A stretch of 64,000 bases of DNA from Eledone cirrhosa (Eukaryota). The DNA is taken from the NCBI GenBank assembly GCA_964016885.1, contig OZ024753.1:5642001-5706000 (forward strand), written 5' to 3'. The notes below the pieces were generated by a model that saw nothing but the letters and a program-made list of their open reading frames with translations, made no database searches and had not been told where the DNA came from. Below are positions 46,351 to 61,700 of the stretch, piece by piece. The translations under genes and the position numbers were made by a program. Each line of letters starts with the position of its first letter. Within the stretch, counting starts at the first letter, position 1.

Positions 46351-47282
46351 ATTTGATGATTTAATAGCACTGTAGATAACAACGAATGCAATAACAGCAT
46401 GCAGAAGTCTATAAAACAATCATTAACCAATAAAATTAACAAATGATTTAACCAAGAGCAATTTAGAGATACCAGATGCAAGGAATACAGCAACAGAAAT
46501 ATAGAGATGGACGGACGGTCCCGTAACTCCCGAGGGAGTTATAGGGGCGCCATATTGACATATGGCGTTTCTAAGGTATTTTTTTTAAAACCCGGTGGAC
46601 CGTAGCTCCTCACCAGGCATGGATACAGCAGAATCTTTCCAGAAAAGGATAGAGATTGAAAGAACGGAAGTAAAGAAGAGATATAGTAATAGAATCGACC
46701 GTGATACCCGATTGGTACATTTTTTTTTATAAACCTTGAATGAATGAGAAGCAAAGTTGACCTCGTAGAGAAGATAGCCGAATCCAATATCGCAAAGTAT
46801 TATATCCGACGACTCTGCCAATTCGTCGGCCTTAAATATAGAAATACCCAGCAATAATGGACATCATTATAACAACAAATTAGTGAAACCGGATATAGTA
46901 AGGAAATCGACTAATTTAAACAACTCGACCGACAAATCAAAGAAGGAAAAGCAAGAGGACAATAATAACCAAAAGTCACTATCAACGAATTAACTAATGG
47001 AAACGTGTGACAATCTAGAGATACCGGATATCTTCAATTTTACTTTTATTTTATAATTCTGGTTTCATTCAGAAAATTGTGGTCAGGCTGAAGCAGTGGA
47101 GCAGCGAATTGATGAGGTAATCATATTGATAACAGGATTTATAGTTTCAAGGCTGGTATTTGTTTTAATCGATCTCTTTCTTCACCGAACCGCTAAATTA
47201 CGGAATACTAAGTCAGACTCGAAGGCAAACAGAAATGTACGCGCACACCTACACATATATATAGTGAAAGCTTCTAATTCTA

Positions 47283-47326
<44 letters not shown>

Positions 47327-47389
47327 GAAATTACATTAAGGCATATGTTATGTTTACATAACTGTATTTATTTTATATATATATCTATC

Positions 47390-47650
47390 TATCTAAGGCG
47401 GGTAAAATTCCCGAGATCCATGGACGAGTTCTCTCCAGCGGTCTCTGTCCCTCATTATCGCTGCCATGTCCTGCGTCTCCTACAGACCAGTGTCTGTCCT
47501 TAGGGCATCGACATACGTTAACCTTGGTCTTCCTCTTCTAGTGTGTCCGTGTAGGGGCTCCCAAAGGAGCACTGAGTGCAATGTCAACTCTGGATGTCGG
47601 TGAGCATGTCCAGCTAATCTCAATCTCCTCTGTGTCACTTTTGAGTTGAC
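47390..47650 (-). mobile_element. RTE-clade LINE 3' fragment
   Basis: RRLRLAGHAHRHPE...LLWEPLHGHTRRGRPRLTYVDAL...DRDRWRELV; near-identical shorter copy at 63612-63761. Confidence 0.88.
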
Positions 47651-47658
47651 TATATATA

Positions 47659-48001
47659 TATATATTGGTAAACGGAATAGAAAATGTTGACAAATTGTTC
47701 ACAGTGAAAAATAGTTTAATTAAGAATAAGTGAGAATTAGTAATAGTATTGGTTAGTATTCAGTTTTGGTTTTAAGATCAGACCAAACATCACGGACGCT
47801 CTATCTCAAAATTATTTTTGAAAAGCATTAGAAATGCGCAACCGGTAAAACTTAAAACCAAAACTGAATACTAACCAATACTATTACTAATTCTCACTTA
47901 TTCCTAATTAAACTATTTTTCACTGTGAACAATTTGTCAGCATTTTCTATTCCGTTTACCAATATATAATAACTTGTGTGTTACACCTCTATTCTTTTAA
48001 A
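47659..48001. mobile_element. (TA)n-embedded fold-back element F with decayed hammerhead in spacer
   Basis: Arms 47659-47776 and 47851-47968; spacer ttt TTGAAAA gcatt-aga-aatgc GCAA ccgGTA aaa. Confidence 0.85.
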
Positions 48002-48019
48002 TATATATATATATATTTA

Positions 48020-48501
<482 letters not shown>

Positions 48502-49478
48502 CAATAAGACAGTTATTGTTCAAATTAGTCAGCAAACACCCTAAACCGAACTCCAGCCTGTGCCTGGGACTTCTGCCAGACCAAACCGTACTCATCCTTC
48601 AAAATCAGCAAATCAAACGCAGGCCACCCATCTTCACATCTCGGCTTATGCAACCTGACCGCAACGGACACGTAATAGGGAAGACAGATGTTACAATGCT
48701 GCAGCTATCATATTACGTAGTTTCTATATAATATGGGTGTGCGAGTGTGTGTAAATATATTTTGAATAATACGCACATTCTTCTCAAGCGAAAGATGCAT
48801 TCATAACCATTTACCCAAGCAAAAATCTACAATTTACCAAAGTTATTTTACTTCTTTCAACACACTAATAATAATGAAATAGACCTTATAGCCATTGTAT
48901 GATTCAGTTGTATATTACCATGTATGTAGCCCGTAAAGATATGAGATTAAATCAAACGGTTTCGACCAACGCTTTAGTCAGTTTTATCATCGATTATTTT
49001 CTTTAAAAGTAACCCCTTCAGGCATAATATAGAGAATAAAGTGGATTTTTCAGATAGTTTCCCTGGACAGGATATATCGTTGGTCTTTAGCGTAAACTTT
49101 AGAATTTTTATAGTATTAGAATTCTGCACTGAATGTTTGGGAAGTGTACCAAACCTTTGAAGTCTTTGTAGCTAACAGCTTTCCTTGACAAAGACTTTGA
49201 ATTTCAGAGTTGTAAATAGCGTTCTTATCAGTAAAACGAAATATACTTTCATCAAAGAGTTTTTTATGACGCATTCCAGTGGTTAGTTTATCAGCTTATA
49301 GCAGACAGCCAGTCTCTGAATAAGAATAAGGACCACTTTCTGAAATCTGTTTACCAATAAGAGCCATGAAGTGAGTTGGATTACTTTAACGACTTCCGAT
49401 TCTCATTAGAAATCACTATAACATCCGGTTGTCACTAGTAAAACCCAGACAATTAATATAGATATTACGTAAACACAC

Positions 49479-49509
<31 letters not shown>

Positions 49510-49522
49510 TACAAACACACAC

Positions 49523-49566
<44 letters not shown>

Positions 49567-49681
49567 TAAAGTTGCAAATAAAAATAAGAAACGAAATACG
49601 TGGGACGAATGATCAAAACATCTACTTTCTCTCAATGGTATTTCGTGCACACACATACACGCGCACACACACACGCACGCA

Positions 49682-49720
<39 letters not shown>

Positions 49721-49747
49721 ATTATATATATATATATATAATAATAA

Positions 49748-50173
49748 TTGTTTCTACTTTAGGCACAAGGCCAGCAATTACCCAGTGCATTACTGGTACT
49801 TTATTTTATCGACCCCGTAAGGATGAAAGGCAAAGTCAACCTCGGCGGGATTTGAACTCAGATCGTAAAGGGACGTAACTATGCTGGAAAGCATGGCGTC
49901 CGACCCTCTACTGATACTGCCAATCCACATAATAATAATTATATATATATATATAATGGTTTCTTATATAGGCACAAGGCCAGCAATTTTGAGGGAAGGG
50001 AAAGTCGATTAAATCGACCCCAGTGCGTGACTGGTACTTTATTTTATCGACCCTAAAGGGCCGTAACTCTTTGCTGCAAAGCATGGCGTCCGATCCTCTA
50101 CCGATACTGCCAATTCAAATAATAATAATAATAATTGTTTCTACATTTGGCACAAGGCCAGCAATTACCCAGT

Positions 50174-50174
<1 letters not shown>
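49748..50174 (-). mobile_element. Cluster of tRNA-derived SINE copies
   Basis: One full, one internally deleted and one truncated copy of the main family. Confidence 0.85.
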
Positions 50175-50216
<42 letters not shown>

Positions 50217-50218
<2 letters not shown>

Positions 50219-50763
50219 CAGGGTGATCCACTGGCACCTATGCAAAGTAAACAATTTACCACATTCTGAGAAGTGGTATGAGCATAAGCCAGAGTCGGTG
50301 ATAGAAAACGATCAGGTGAAGGTGCTGTGGGATTTAGGATACAGACGGACAAGAAACTGGAACACAATAGACCTGACGTGGTGGTTTTGGACAAAGAAAA
50401 AAGATCGTGCCTGATTGTGGATGTGGCCTGCCCATTCGACACGAGAGTGCAAGAGAAGGAGAGGGAGAAAATTAACCGATACCAGGACTTAAAGTGGGAG
50501 GTAAAAAGGATTTGGAACTGCCATGAAGTCAAAGTGGTCCCGATTGTCATAGGCGCACTAGGTACTATCTCAAAAAGTTTCCAGGGATGGTTAAAGAAAA
50601 TTGGCCCCTTCACGCTTTTTGGAACGCTTCAAAAGGCATGCTTGCTGAGAACAGCAAGAACCCTCCGATACGTCCTGAATATCTGAGGCTGCAGGTAGTG
50701 GCTTGATATTCATTTCAACAAACTTTCCAGTTAACTAACATCAATGACTGAGACTCAAAGAAC

Positions 50764-50765
<2 letters not shown>
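50217..50765 (+). mobile_element. Dong/R4-type 3' fragment (RLE domain) inserted in (TAA)n
   Basis: IHWHLCK..WYEHKP; HNRPDVVVLD..LIVDVACP..EKINRYQDL..VPIVIGALG; (TAA)n on both sides. Confidence 0.92.
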
Positions 50766-50847
<82 letters not shown>

Positions 50848-51993
50848 TATGAAATGTAGTTTGCTTGAAGCATTGTGAATAATATATAACGTTGAAAGAA
50901 ATAGAAGGCTAAACAATGCAAAATGGATTGTAACGAAAAGTAAGTTGCCTGGTAATCTTTGTATTGTTGTTTGTTGTTGTTCTTTTTTCTGTCTAATATT
51001 TCGGGACCTAAAAGTCCCTTCTTCATGATTGAAAGCTAACGAAGCATTCGTTAATTTTATAATGCTTCTCCTCCCTACTATCAGAATGGGTTGTTCCTAC
51101 CACCTACCAATAAGAGTATTTACAACTAGAATGATTGCAACATTGGAGACGTAAACATCTTCATCATGGATACATTCCTCTATTGGTACAATGAAACGAA
51201 CTGCTAACTTCGTGGCTGGTAGCTGTCTCGGACCAAATGAAGTCGGCACTTCTCGACAGTATTTATTCATTGGTGAGAAACAAAACGGCTACACTTTCGG
51301 CTATTTAAGTGATGAAACATTAGAAGTAATAATAGTTATTGTTATTAGAATACCCATAACATGCAGGCCTATAATCTAAAATGTTCCAGCGATGATCATA
51401 CAAGGTTTATTTTTAAACACTGCTGTGTGTAATTTCAGAGATGTTTGACCCGATAGTTCTATTTCTATTATGTTCAGCGACCGCGTGGACGCTTCCTTCC
51501 TTTAGTGTTACGACTAGCTGCCATTTTGAATGGAGGATAACACATCCATAATTCAATATCTTTAGCAACTTTCCGCGTAATCTGACTAAATTTTCTTCAT
51601 GGTTGGATGATAGTGTTAAGTGATAATTTCACAATAACAAAACAAAATACCATCCACCACACCAAATAATCAAAATGAAAATTAACTGTGTTTTTCCACC
51701 ATGTTTTAGCTGAAATGAAATGACCCTTAAAGAAAAACAAAACACAGCCAAATAATAAAAAAAAAAAAACACTGAAAAAAATAATGTCGGATTTCATTTT
51801 CATGAAAACAACACAAGAGAGAACATCGAGACACATGCTTCATAAATCATATATGAAATAGATTTCTGACATGCGAAGATATTTACGATTTAAACTTTTT
51901 GACCTTTTATAAAATAGTAGAATGTATTCTGATTAATATCAACGAAAACAATAACACCCACGATAATAATAATGAAAATGATATTATTATTGC

Positions 51994-52057
<64 letters not shown>

Positions 52058-52066
52058 ATTGTTGCT

Positions 52067-52098
<32 letters not shown>

Positions 52099-52572
52099 AA
52101 ACACAGTTATAACAAACAAAAGAAAACCCAACAAATTACCCCAACAAAAATAAGAAACAAATCTCTATTTTTCTCAGTTGTTCAATTTGAAGAGCGAGTA
52201 TTGTCATATCCAGTCACTCGGTTCATTTAACCAAACAAGATATTGAGACACACACACACACGCATAAAACTATACACTCACAAAACTACACATATATGCA
52301 CGCACACACTAACACATACACAGAGCTGCACACACAAAAAATCTCCACATATATGCACCCACACACACATACACACACACAATTACGCCCACAAACAACT
52401 ACACATAGATGCACACACATACACACACTGAACTACACACAAAAAACAACACATACATGCATACACAGAACTACACACATAAAAGACAACTACACACATA
52501 TATATATATACACACAAACTTACTCACAAAAAACTACACATACATGCACACACACACGCACGCACACACACA

Positions 52573-52611
<39 letters not shown>

Positions 52612-53199
52612 ACACACACACACACACATATACAGACACTCACACAAATGCATACAAACAAGTACACGCACACAGACGGAAATACATAGATATTACACTT
52701 ATATACACCCAAAGACACATAGATCAACAGACTCAAACACATACAGATACACAAACACAAACACACACACAGACCCTCACATGAAGACACAAACAGAGAC
52801 ACGGGCACATTCACAAACACACACAGACCCTCACTTGCAGACACATAGACAAACACACAGACTCAGAAACCCTCACATGCAGACACACAGAAAACACAGA
52901 CAAACACACAGACTCACAGAGACCCTCACATGCAGACACGTAGCCATGCTTAAACGTAAACACAGTAGACTGCACAATATAGTTGTTAATAGCTCTAATT
53001 AGGTAACTTAATATTGGCCACCAGTGGAATAGATTTGACCAATGATTTATAGCTGAATTTGCAACCAAAAAGCAAAAGAATTAACGCAATCTCGATTTAA
53101 CCAACGACTAACTCTATCAACCAAACAGATAAATAATGAAATATTGAACAATGATATTAATAACAATAACAGTAATATGATAATAATAATAACAACAGC

Positions 53200-53245
<46 letters not shown>

Positions 53246-53803
53246 GCAATAGTAATGGTAATAATAATAATAAAAATAATAACGATAACAATAACAACAA
53301 CAACAATGACAACAGCAAAAACAATAATTTCAACAGTAACAACAACAACAACAACAAAGACAGTGACAACAACGACGACAATAACTACAACAGCAGCAGC
53401 AACAACAACAGCAACAAAAGCAATAACAACAACAGCGACAACAATAAATTCTTTCTTTCAAGATGGTGGGGAATGATAGAGACAGACTGCAATATTTATG
53501 GAAATTATGTTACAAAATGGGAATCTGGCAATTTACATTTCATTTTATTCAATGAAAATATAAAAAGAAATACACACATACACATACACACAATTACACA
53601 CACACACATAGACACAAACAATAACACACACATATACAGAAATACACACACACAAACAAAACACATACACAGAAACACACATACACAGAAACACATACAC
53701 ATATTAACAAACAGACACACACACACAATCACACCCATGCACACAAACACACACACATATACACAAACATGAATGTATGTGTGTGTATGTAGCTATGATA
53801 TAT

Positions 53804-53922
<119 letters not shown>

Positions 53923-54755
53923 TAACAGATTAAAGTTTATTATTACTACTATATACATAAATATATAGACATATATTAATGAAAGATCGAAGGCCATATT
54001 CTGCCCGAATCACACGGCATGTATGAACGGACTAGACTTAAAAATCCACTTCATTTTGATTGACCCGTTGCCCCCCCCCCCCCTCCTACCAGCTCTCTCT
54101 CTATCTCTCTCTCTCTATATATATAAATATATAAATTTAGGTTACACACTGCGCTTTAAAAATATTTATTTATAAACATACCGCATATCTTTAAATATAC
54201 GAAATTTATATTTGTATACACCATATTTGTATACAGCCAAGTCGAATATTAATTCAAATTCTCTTTTAAGTTGAACCAACTTATACAGCTTCGTATGCAA
54301 ATGAAGCTAATCAGCCCAGTTACAGAGACGAATAAACTATATATTTTCGCCTGTTTCAAAGTCCAGCAGCAGGATGAGGGAAGCACTGTCGTGATGTGGA
54401 CCATAATAGTTCGTAATGCATAAACAGTTATACCCCTAGATTCTGCTGGATACCACTTGGCGGTGCTGACCGCCAGTTTTCTATTCACAGCTGCGGCTGT
54501 GGCTTTCAAAATGTTTATTTATAAACATACCGTATATCTTTGGATATACGAAAACCACAAATGACTATATGTGTCACACATACATACATTTACGTTTCAG
54601 TGTTATAAATTCACTATAGTCTTCTTCTCCAGCTTCGTCTTAACGAGAATTATAATTTACACAGACATAATTAAATTACAAATAACACTTACATTCTCAC
54701 TCTTAGACACACACATGCGCATTATCTTTTTCTCTATTCTCAATTCCTCCTCTTC

Positions 54756-54811
<56 letters not shown>

Positions 54812-54935
54812 GTAAACGTAGACACACATATATATATACATTTAAATATATTTATTTATATGTATATATATATATGTATGTATATACATGCAAACACATA
54901 TATATTCATGTAAACACATATATCTGTGTACGTGC

Positions 54936-54994
<59 letters not shown>

Positions 54995-55023
54995 AAAATA
55001 TGTGTGTCTATGAATATATATGT

Positions 55024-55075
<52 letters not shown>

Positions 55076-55538
55076 GTGTGTGTGTAATGGTAACCCTATA
55101 AGTTAAAACTTTGCTATCATACGCCTGCACATCTCTTTGAGAGACTTTATTTCTTCTACACTAATACACTAATCCTTATAAGATAAGGTGGTATTTAATT
55201 CAGGTTATCTATATGGTTCAGAAGATAGGACTAATTAATGACGAGCGATCGTACTGAACTAACATGCAAAACGGATAATGGTAATGATGAAGAAGTAAAG
55301 GTGATGTGTACAGAGACCTAAGTGCAAAAGATTGTTTGCATATATGAGGCTTTAATACAGCCTGTAGACAGAGAACGTTGTAGATGCTATTGAATAGAAG
55401 GTATGGAGTTAGATAATGGTAAGACGGTGAATAACTTAGCAGATGGACACTCGCATATCAGGTATCATGTAGTTGCTGTCCTTCTTCGTTTTCTTTGAGA
55501 GAAAGAGAGAAGTGAGTGAAAGAAAGAAAAGAGGTGAG

Positions 55539-55569
<31 letters not shown>

Positions 55570-56941
55570 GAGAGAGAGGGAGTTTATAACGGTATTAAGA
55601 GAAAAGAGAAATTAGTTTACCACTAATATGTTATACGCTATGGATAATCCATTTATTTAAATTCTGACCTTTCTGAAAATCTATTCATATATTCATCTAT
55701 TGGTTTCTATCGGACATCTTTTGCAAGAATTTAGGAGTACGTTTTCTGATGCGCCGATATCATGCAATGCAAGCAAAATAATCTTAGCTTCAAAATAAAA
55801 ACTCGACATAAATATGGCCGAATATATTTAATCCAAAAGACAATTTATACTTGTTTCCAATAGCATTTTCCTCTCTGGAAACGACACAGATATTATTTGG
55901 TTTTAAGAAGTCAATGTATCAATTATTAGTGAATTGGATTCTTCCGGATAAAGCTCCCTCTTCAAAAAGAAAAAAAAGTGCATCTATGTTATTCGAGATT
56001 CTCCTTCTGTGTTACCAGTTTAAGTGAAGTAAACTGGTTTGTTGATAACAACTTAATTGGATAAGACAATAGATTCTGCCAATGTAGACATGGGAAGATC
56101 ATAGTTGATGTTCATCAACGTAGTGACAACATTTAATCAGGGTAATCATGGCTTTTGTGGGCTTCTTCATGAGTGTCCCTCGGAATTTCATCCCATATTG
56201 GGGATCTTGTTTTTATTTAGATTTTACAGTTCCATTTTACATGTCCATTCTTCCTCTATATATCTCTCTCACTTCTTCTCTTTCGCTCTCTATTTCTTGG
56301 AAGAAAAATCGGCTTTGTTCAAACCTCGAGAGCGATGTCCTCTGCCAATTCTATATGCTCAAGACACGCCCTATGTCACGATAGTACCCCTACAACTTCA
56401 TTAGGAGTTAAGGGCGCATGGAATGCAACGGAATAGCTAATTCAAATAATAGGGAACTTAGAAACAGCGAGATTCAAAAGGTGGAAAACGATATGATTTT
56501 TTTGATAATTTCACATGAAAATGGTAATAATATATCTGAACATAGTTTTGCCCGGAAGATATGTATAAATTGATATAAAAAGAAATAACATCAGTATATT
56601 TTAAAGCATGAATTACATATGTATTTAATAAACTTCAAAACGATAAAATAGTAAAAATACAATAAAATCTTCAATCCATAATTATGAATTACAATTAAAT
56701 CTATATATTTATCTATGTATGTATTTATTATTGTATTTCTATGAACATCTATTTTCCCCATACTAACTAATTCACACCATTTGCAAACTGATTCAGAAAT
56801 ATTCTTTGATCGTTTTACTTTGTAGGGAAATTTAGTTTATTATTAAACTCATGAAAGTAACGCGAATATTGTAAGATTTTTCATTTTGTTTTCACTCCCT
56901 ACCGAAATATATCTAAACATATAAGTGCTGGGTGCGTATAA

Positions 56942-56974
<33 letters not shown>

Positions 56975-57408
56975 TGTATGTATGTATGTATGTATGTATG
57001 TATGTATGTATGTATGTATGTATGTATGTATGTGTGTGTGTGTGTGTGTATGTATGAATGAAGGTATAGGTATATGCATGTGTGTGTTTGCATACCTTCA
57101 GGGATAAACACACACTCGTACGACACAAATATGCACACACATATATACATATATATATATATATACACACATATATATATATATATTTATTAAAATAACA
57201 GATTAAAGTTTAAGCAAAGAATCGCTGCTTTCACCCTTAACGGGATCTTCTGAAACTAACAAAGTCAATCTGTGAACGCAGAAGTGAATATTTAAAAAAA
57301 CGTTGCAACCGGAGGAAGACAGGAAGACGATACTTTGGTTCGTGGAAACGTTCCCTGGCAAAGAACGGGAAAAAACTAATATAATACGTCATTATTTTAT
57401 TATATATA

Positions 57409-57593
57409 GGCGGTGGATTGGCAGTATTAGTAGAGTATCGGATGCCATGCTTTGGCGCATAGAGTTACGGCCCTTGCCATTCTCAGTTCAAATCCCGCCG
57501 AGGTTAACTTTACCTTTCATCCTTACGGGGTCGATAAAATAAAGTACCAGTAATACACTGGGTAATTGCTTGTCTTGTGCCTAACGTAGAAAC
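57409..57593 (+). mobile_element. Near full-length tRNA-derived SINE (Meta-domain-like core)
   Basis: A-box-like tggcagtattag, B-box gttcaaatcc, core cctttcatccttacggggtcgataaaataaagtaccag. Confidence 0.88.
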
Positions 57594-57601
57594 AATTATT
57601 T

Positions 57602-57654
<53 letters not shown>

Positions 57655-57657
<3 letters not shown>

Positions 57658-58157
57658 ATAATTATACTATTTATGGTTATGTAAATATATAAACCTTTTG
57701 CAGTTATATATATTTTTATACAAACCCTAAATAGTGGTAGGCAGTAATATATTACTACCTTATTACCTGTAAGTTAAGTAGCTCAATGTAAAAACATCAG
57801 ATGATTTACAGAGCAGTTATATGAATTATAAGAATCAAAGAACTGTTCAAAACATTTTTATGCTTACAACTGTTTCCTCCAAAACGAGGTTTGGATTCTT
57901 CGGAGCAATTTATTAATGAATGAACACTTATATGACCTCCTTTTCACCCAAGAGACATACAGATACATATGCAAATATTGTGGGTCAACATTCATTACAG
58001 CATTTAGAGTGGCAGTACACACTTAGAGATTACATTCATATTAAAAGACATATAAGTGTTCATTCATTAATAAATTGCTCCGAAGAATCCAAACCTCGGT
58101 TTGGAGGAAACAGTTGTAAGCATAAAAATGCTTTGAACAGTTCTTTGATTCTTATAA

Positions 58158-58165
<8 letters not shown>
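57655..58165. mobile_element. (TA)n-embedded fold-back element H with hammerhead in both arms
   Basis: Arms 57818-57934 and 58049-58165, ~115-bp spacer. Confidence 0.88.
58076..58122 (+). ncRNA. Hammerhead ribozyme variant (U4C; mirror copy 57861-57907 on -)
   Basis: tgct CCGAAGA a-tccaaacc-tc-ggtttgga-g GAAA cagttGTA agca. Confidence 0.75.
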
Positions 58166-58199
<34 letters not shown>

Positions 58200-58414
58200 A
58201 AAGTGTTGAAGTTTGCTTGAAGCAAATAGTATTTTACCGTAGCAAATTTATTTATCTCAAATATTTTCCGAGTTTAAAAACCTATTCTGAAGAGAAGATG
58301 CGTGTATAGGTGTTTAAAGTGCAATCGGAGAAGGGTTGTTGTTTGTCTGGCAGATTTAATTTACGTATATGTGTTTATGTATATGGTGTGCGTATATATA
58401 TATAAACACTTTAT

Positions 58415-58447
<33 letters not shown>

Positions 58448-58464
58448 CACACACATACATACAT

Positions 58465-58495
<31 letters not shown>

Positions 58496-59689
58496 TACAC
58501 CCCCCACACATATATATATGTATAAATGAGTATAATTCATTGATCTTTTTCAAATAAGGAATATTTTCTCTAAGAGTCTATGGAATCTCATTAAAGATAT
58601 TTCCCATGTTAATGTCTTTCAGTTCTCTTTGCTCTATTCAAATAACAATTTTTATAATTGATTTTTAAAAATCTTAATTACCACCGACTTTCACTCTTTA
58701 GATAATAGATTTCATTTCTAAAACAATTCCTTATAGATTTCATATAGACAGACATATATAAAGATGCATAGAGTGAAAGAACGGCACAGATAAACAGCGA
58801 TAGATAGATAGATAGAGATAGAGAGAGAGAGGAGAGAGAGATATAAAGATAGCCAAAAAGTTAACCCCAGAGACAGAGAACTAAAATTACATCCTAATTT
58901 TTTTTATTCCACCGAGGCCGTCTTTACCTTTCATCTTTCGAGGATCGATAAAAAAGAAGCAGCTAAATACTGTGGGAGATATACAATTGATTTTTCCTCC
59001 CTCATAAATTGTTGGCTTACAAATCAAATTTATTTGTAAGCCAACAATTTATGAGGGAGGAAAAATCAAATTTATTTGTTTGTTTAGACGCGGCACATCT
59101 TTCTCTTAGAGAGTAATAAATATAGTTCTAAGATGCTTATGACTGTTCTAGTGACTTTAGTTGTGTATCTGTAACACATTATAATCAAACACTTACCGGG
59201 AATGAAACCGCCTTGAGACTGACAACGTTATGTGAAATAACAATGCCTAACAGGTTTTTCAGCAATCTTAAATGACACTTTTATCTGATAAGTTTTAGGA
59301 AACTGGTACAATGCAGTAGCAATATATACAAGTCATACAGGGAAAATGATTACAAATAAGACAAAACAAAGTAATATTTTTACCCAGTATATTTCCGTAT
59401 AATATTTCAGGACTATTGTAATAAATGACTGATAAATTCAGAAAGCCAGTACAATGTGGTAGAAATATATAAAAGGCAAAGGATGACATATAGAACAAAA
59501 CAAAGAAACGTTTTTACTCAGTATATTTGGCCATAATATTTCCGGGCTACTATCTTCTTTTCAAATGGTAGAAAGGAAAACAAAACGAACGATCGATGAA
59601 ACTCTGTATGGAGAAATTGCTAGATAAATACCACAAAAAAATGATATTTATTATTTTGTTGTAGCGGATTAACAGTACCAGTTGAGCAC

Positions 59690-60250
59690 CAGACAAGGTA
59701 TTTTGCAGTTACGGCGTTCTACGTCATCGGTTCAAATCCCACTGTGGTTATCTTTACCTTTCATCCTGACAGTGTCGATAAAATACCTGTAATGAACTGG
59801 GGTAGATTTAATCGACTTTACCCTCCTTAAAAATTGTTGACCTTGAGCCTAAGTTAGAAACCATTGGTGAATTGGCAGTATCGAGAGAGGGTTGGACGCC
59901 ATGCTTTCTAGCATAGTTACGTCCCTTTACAGTCTGAGTTAAAATCCCGCCGAGGTTAACTTTGCCTTTAAAGGCAAAGTTAACCTCAGCGATAAAATAA
60001 AGTACCAGTAATGTACTGGCTAATTGCTGGCCTTGTGCCTAAAGTAGAAACAATTATTTTATAGGGTGGTGGATTGGCAGTATCGATAGAGAGTCGGACA
60101 CCATGCTTTGAAGCATAGTGTTACGTCCCTTTATGATCTGAGTTCAAATCCCGCCGAGGTTAACTTTGCCTTTCATCCTTACGTGGTCGATAAAATTAAG
60201 TACCAGTAATGCACTGGACAATTGCTGGCCTTGTGCCAAAAGTAGAAACA
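59690..60250 (+). mobile_element. Head-to-tail array of three tRNA-derived SINEs
   Basis: B-boxes near 59730, 59938 and 60142, each followed by core and tail. Confidence 0.88.
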
Positions 60251-60795
60251 ATTATTTTATTGTTATACTTGAAAAAAAGAAGAATATTGAAATTACAACT
60301 CAGTATAATGGTTCTTGTCATACTTAGGACCAATAAGAACCACGTCAACAGCATCAACAGAAATCACTTTTCGTTTTTAATGATTTAAGGGGCATGTTGT
60401 TAATAGCTATCCTTCCTCAAAACATGTTAAGAGTAATGTTAATCTCCATTCGGAAAAGTAGTAAAATAAACCCTCTAAAACGATTTGTTGAATAAAATAA
60501 TGCTTGTGTTTTGTTTGTTTGCATTAGAAAAACCTTTCAGTAAAATGGGAATTACAAATGAAATAATTATATGAAAATAATCTCATGCCTTCAATAAAAT
60601 ATGCTATTTCAATTAATGAAACGAAGTCTTCTGCGAAATAACCTTCACGCTTCAACACACACATGCACACACACACACACACTCACGCACACACACATAC
60701 ACACACACACATATATATATATGTATGTATATATATTTATATATATGTATGTATATATATACATATATATATTTATATATATATGTATATATATC

Positions 60796-60827
<32 letters not shown>

Positions 60828-60837
60828 GATATATATA

Positions 60838-60902
<65 letters not shown>

Positions 60903-60903
60903 T

Positions 60904-60935
<32 letters not shown>

Positions 60936-60937
60936 TA

Positions 60938-61043
<106 letters not shown>

Positions 61044-61429
61044 TATATAATAAATATATATGAATATATATATATATATATAATTAAATATACATATATA
61101 TACATATATACATATATACATCTGCACACACACACACATAAGATATTGTGAGTCAGAAAAAAGTTAAAATATTGGTGAGGATATTATTTTTTAAGAGCAT
61201 TGATGAATTTGAATAATTTGAGTAATTATCTTGACATGTGAGAGCTTCGTGAGCTGAATATAACAATTAAAAGAATATGAATTAACAACTTGATTCTTAC
61301 GTCTCGTTAAATTGATATAGTTTGCAGCTAATACTCTGTTCAACAAATGTTTGTAAGCCGTCAATGGCTCTATAATGTGTCCATGACCATGATACTCAAA
61401 TCTCGTTGTCTTTGTATAACGAGCTCAGA

Positions 61430-61700
61430 ATACATAGCAGAAAACATACACTATGCTTTGCGTCATATAGTTACGGCACTTTACGTTCTGAATTCAAATC
61501 CCGCCGAGGTTAGCTTTGCCTTTCATCTTTACGGAATCGATAAAATAAAGTACCATTAATGCCCTGAGTTCGATTTAATCGACTCTCCGCTGCCCTTCAA
61601 ATTATTGGCCTTGTGTCTATAGTAGAAATGATTATTATAAATCACTACATGATTTTCATCCCTCCAGGTTCGATAAAGTAAAGTGCCAGTTAAATAATAG
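61430..61700 (+). mobile_element. tRNA-derived SINE plus partial second copy
   Basis: Same core and long-form tail. Confidence 0.8.

Noticed and set aside
57409-57500. tRNA gene
   Set aside because: A/B boxes belong to a multi-copy SINE; no cloverleaf.
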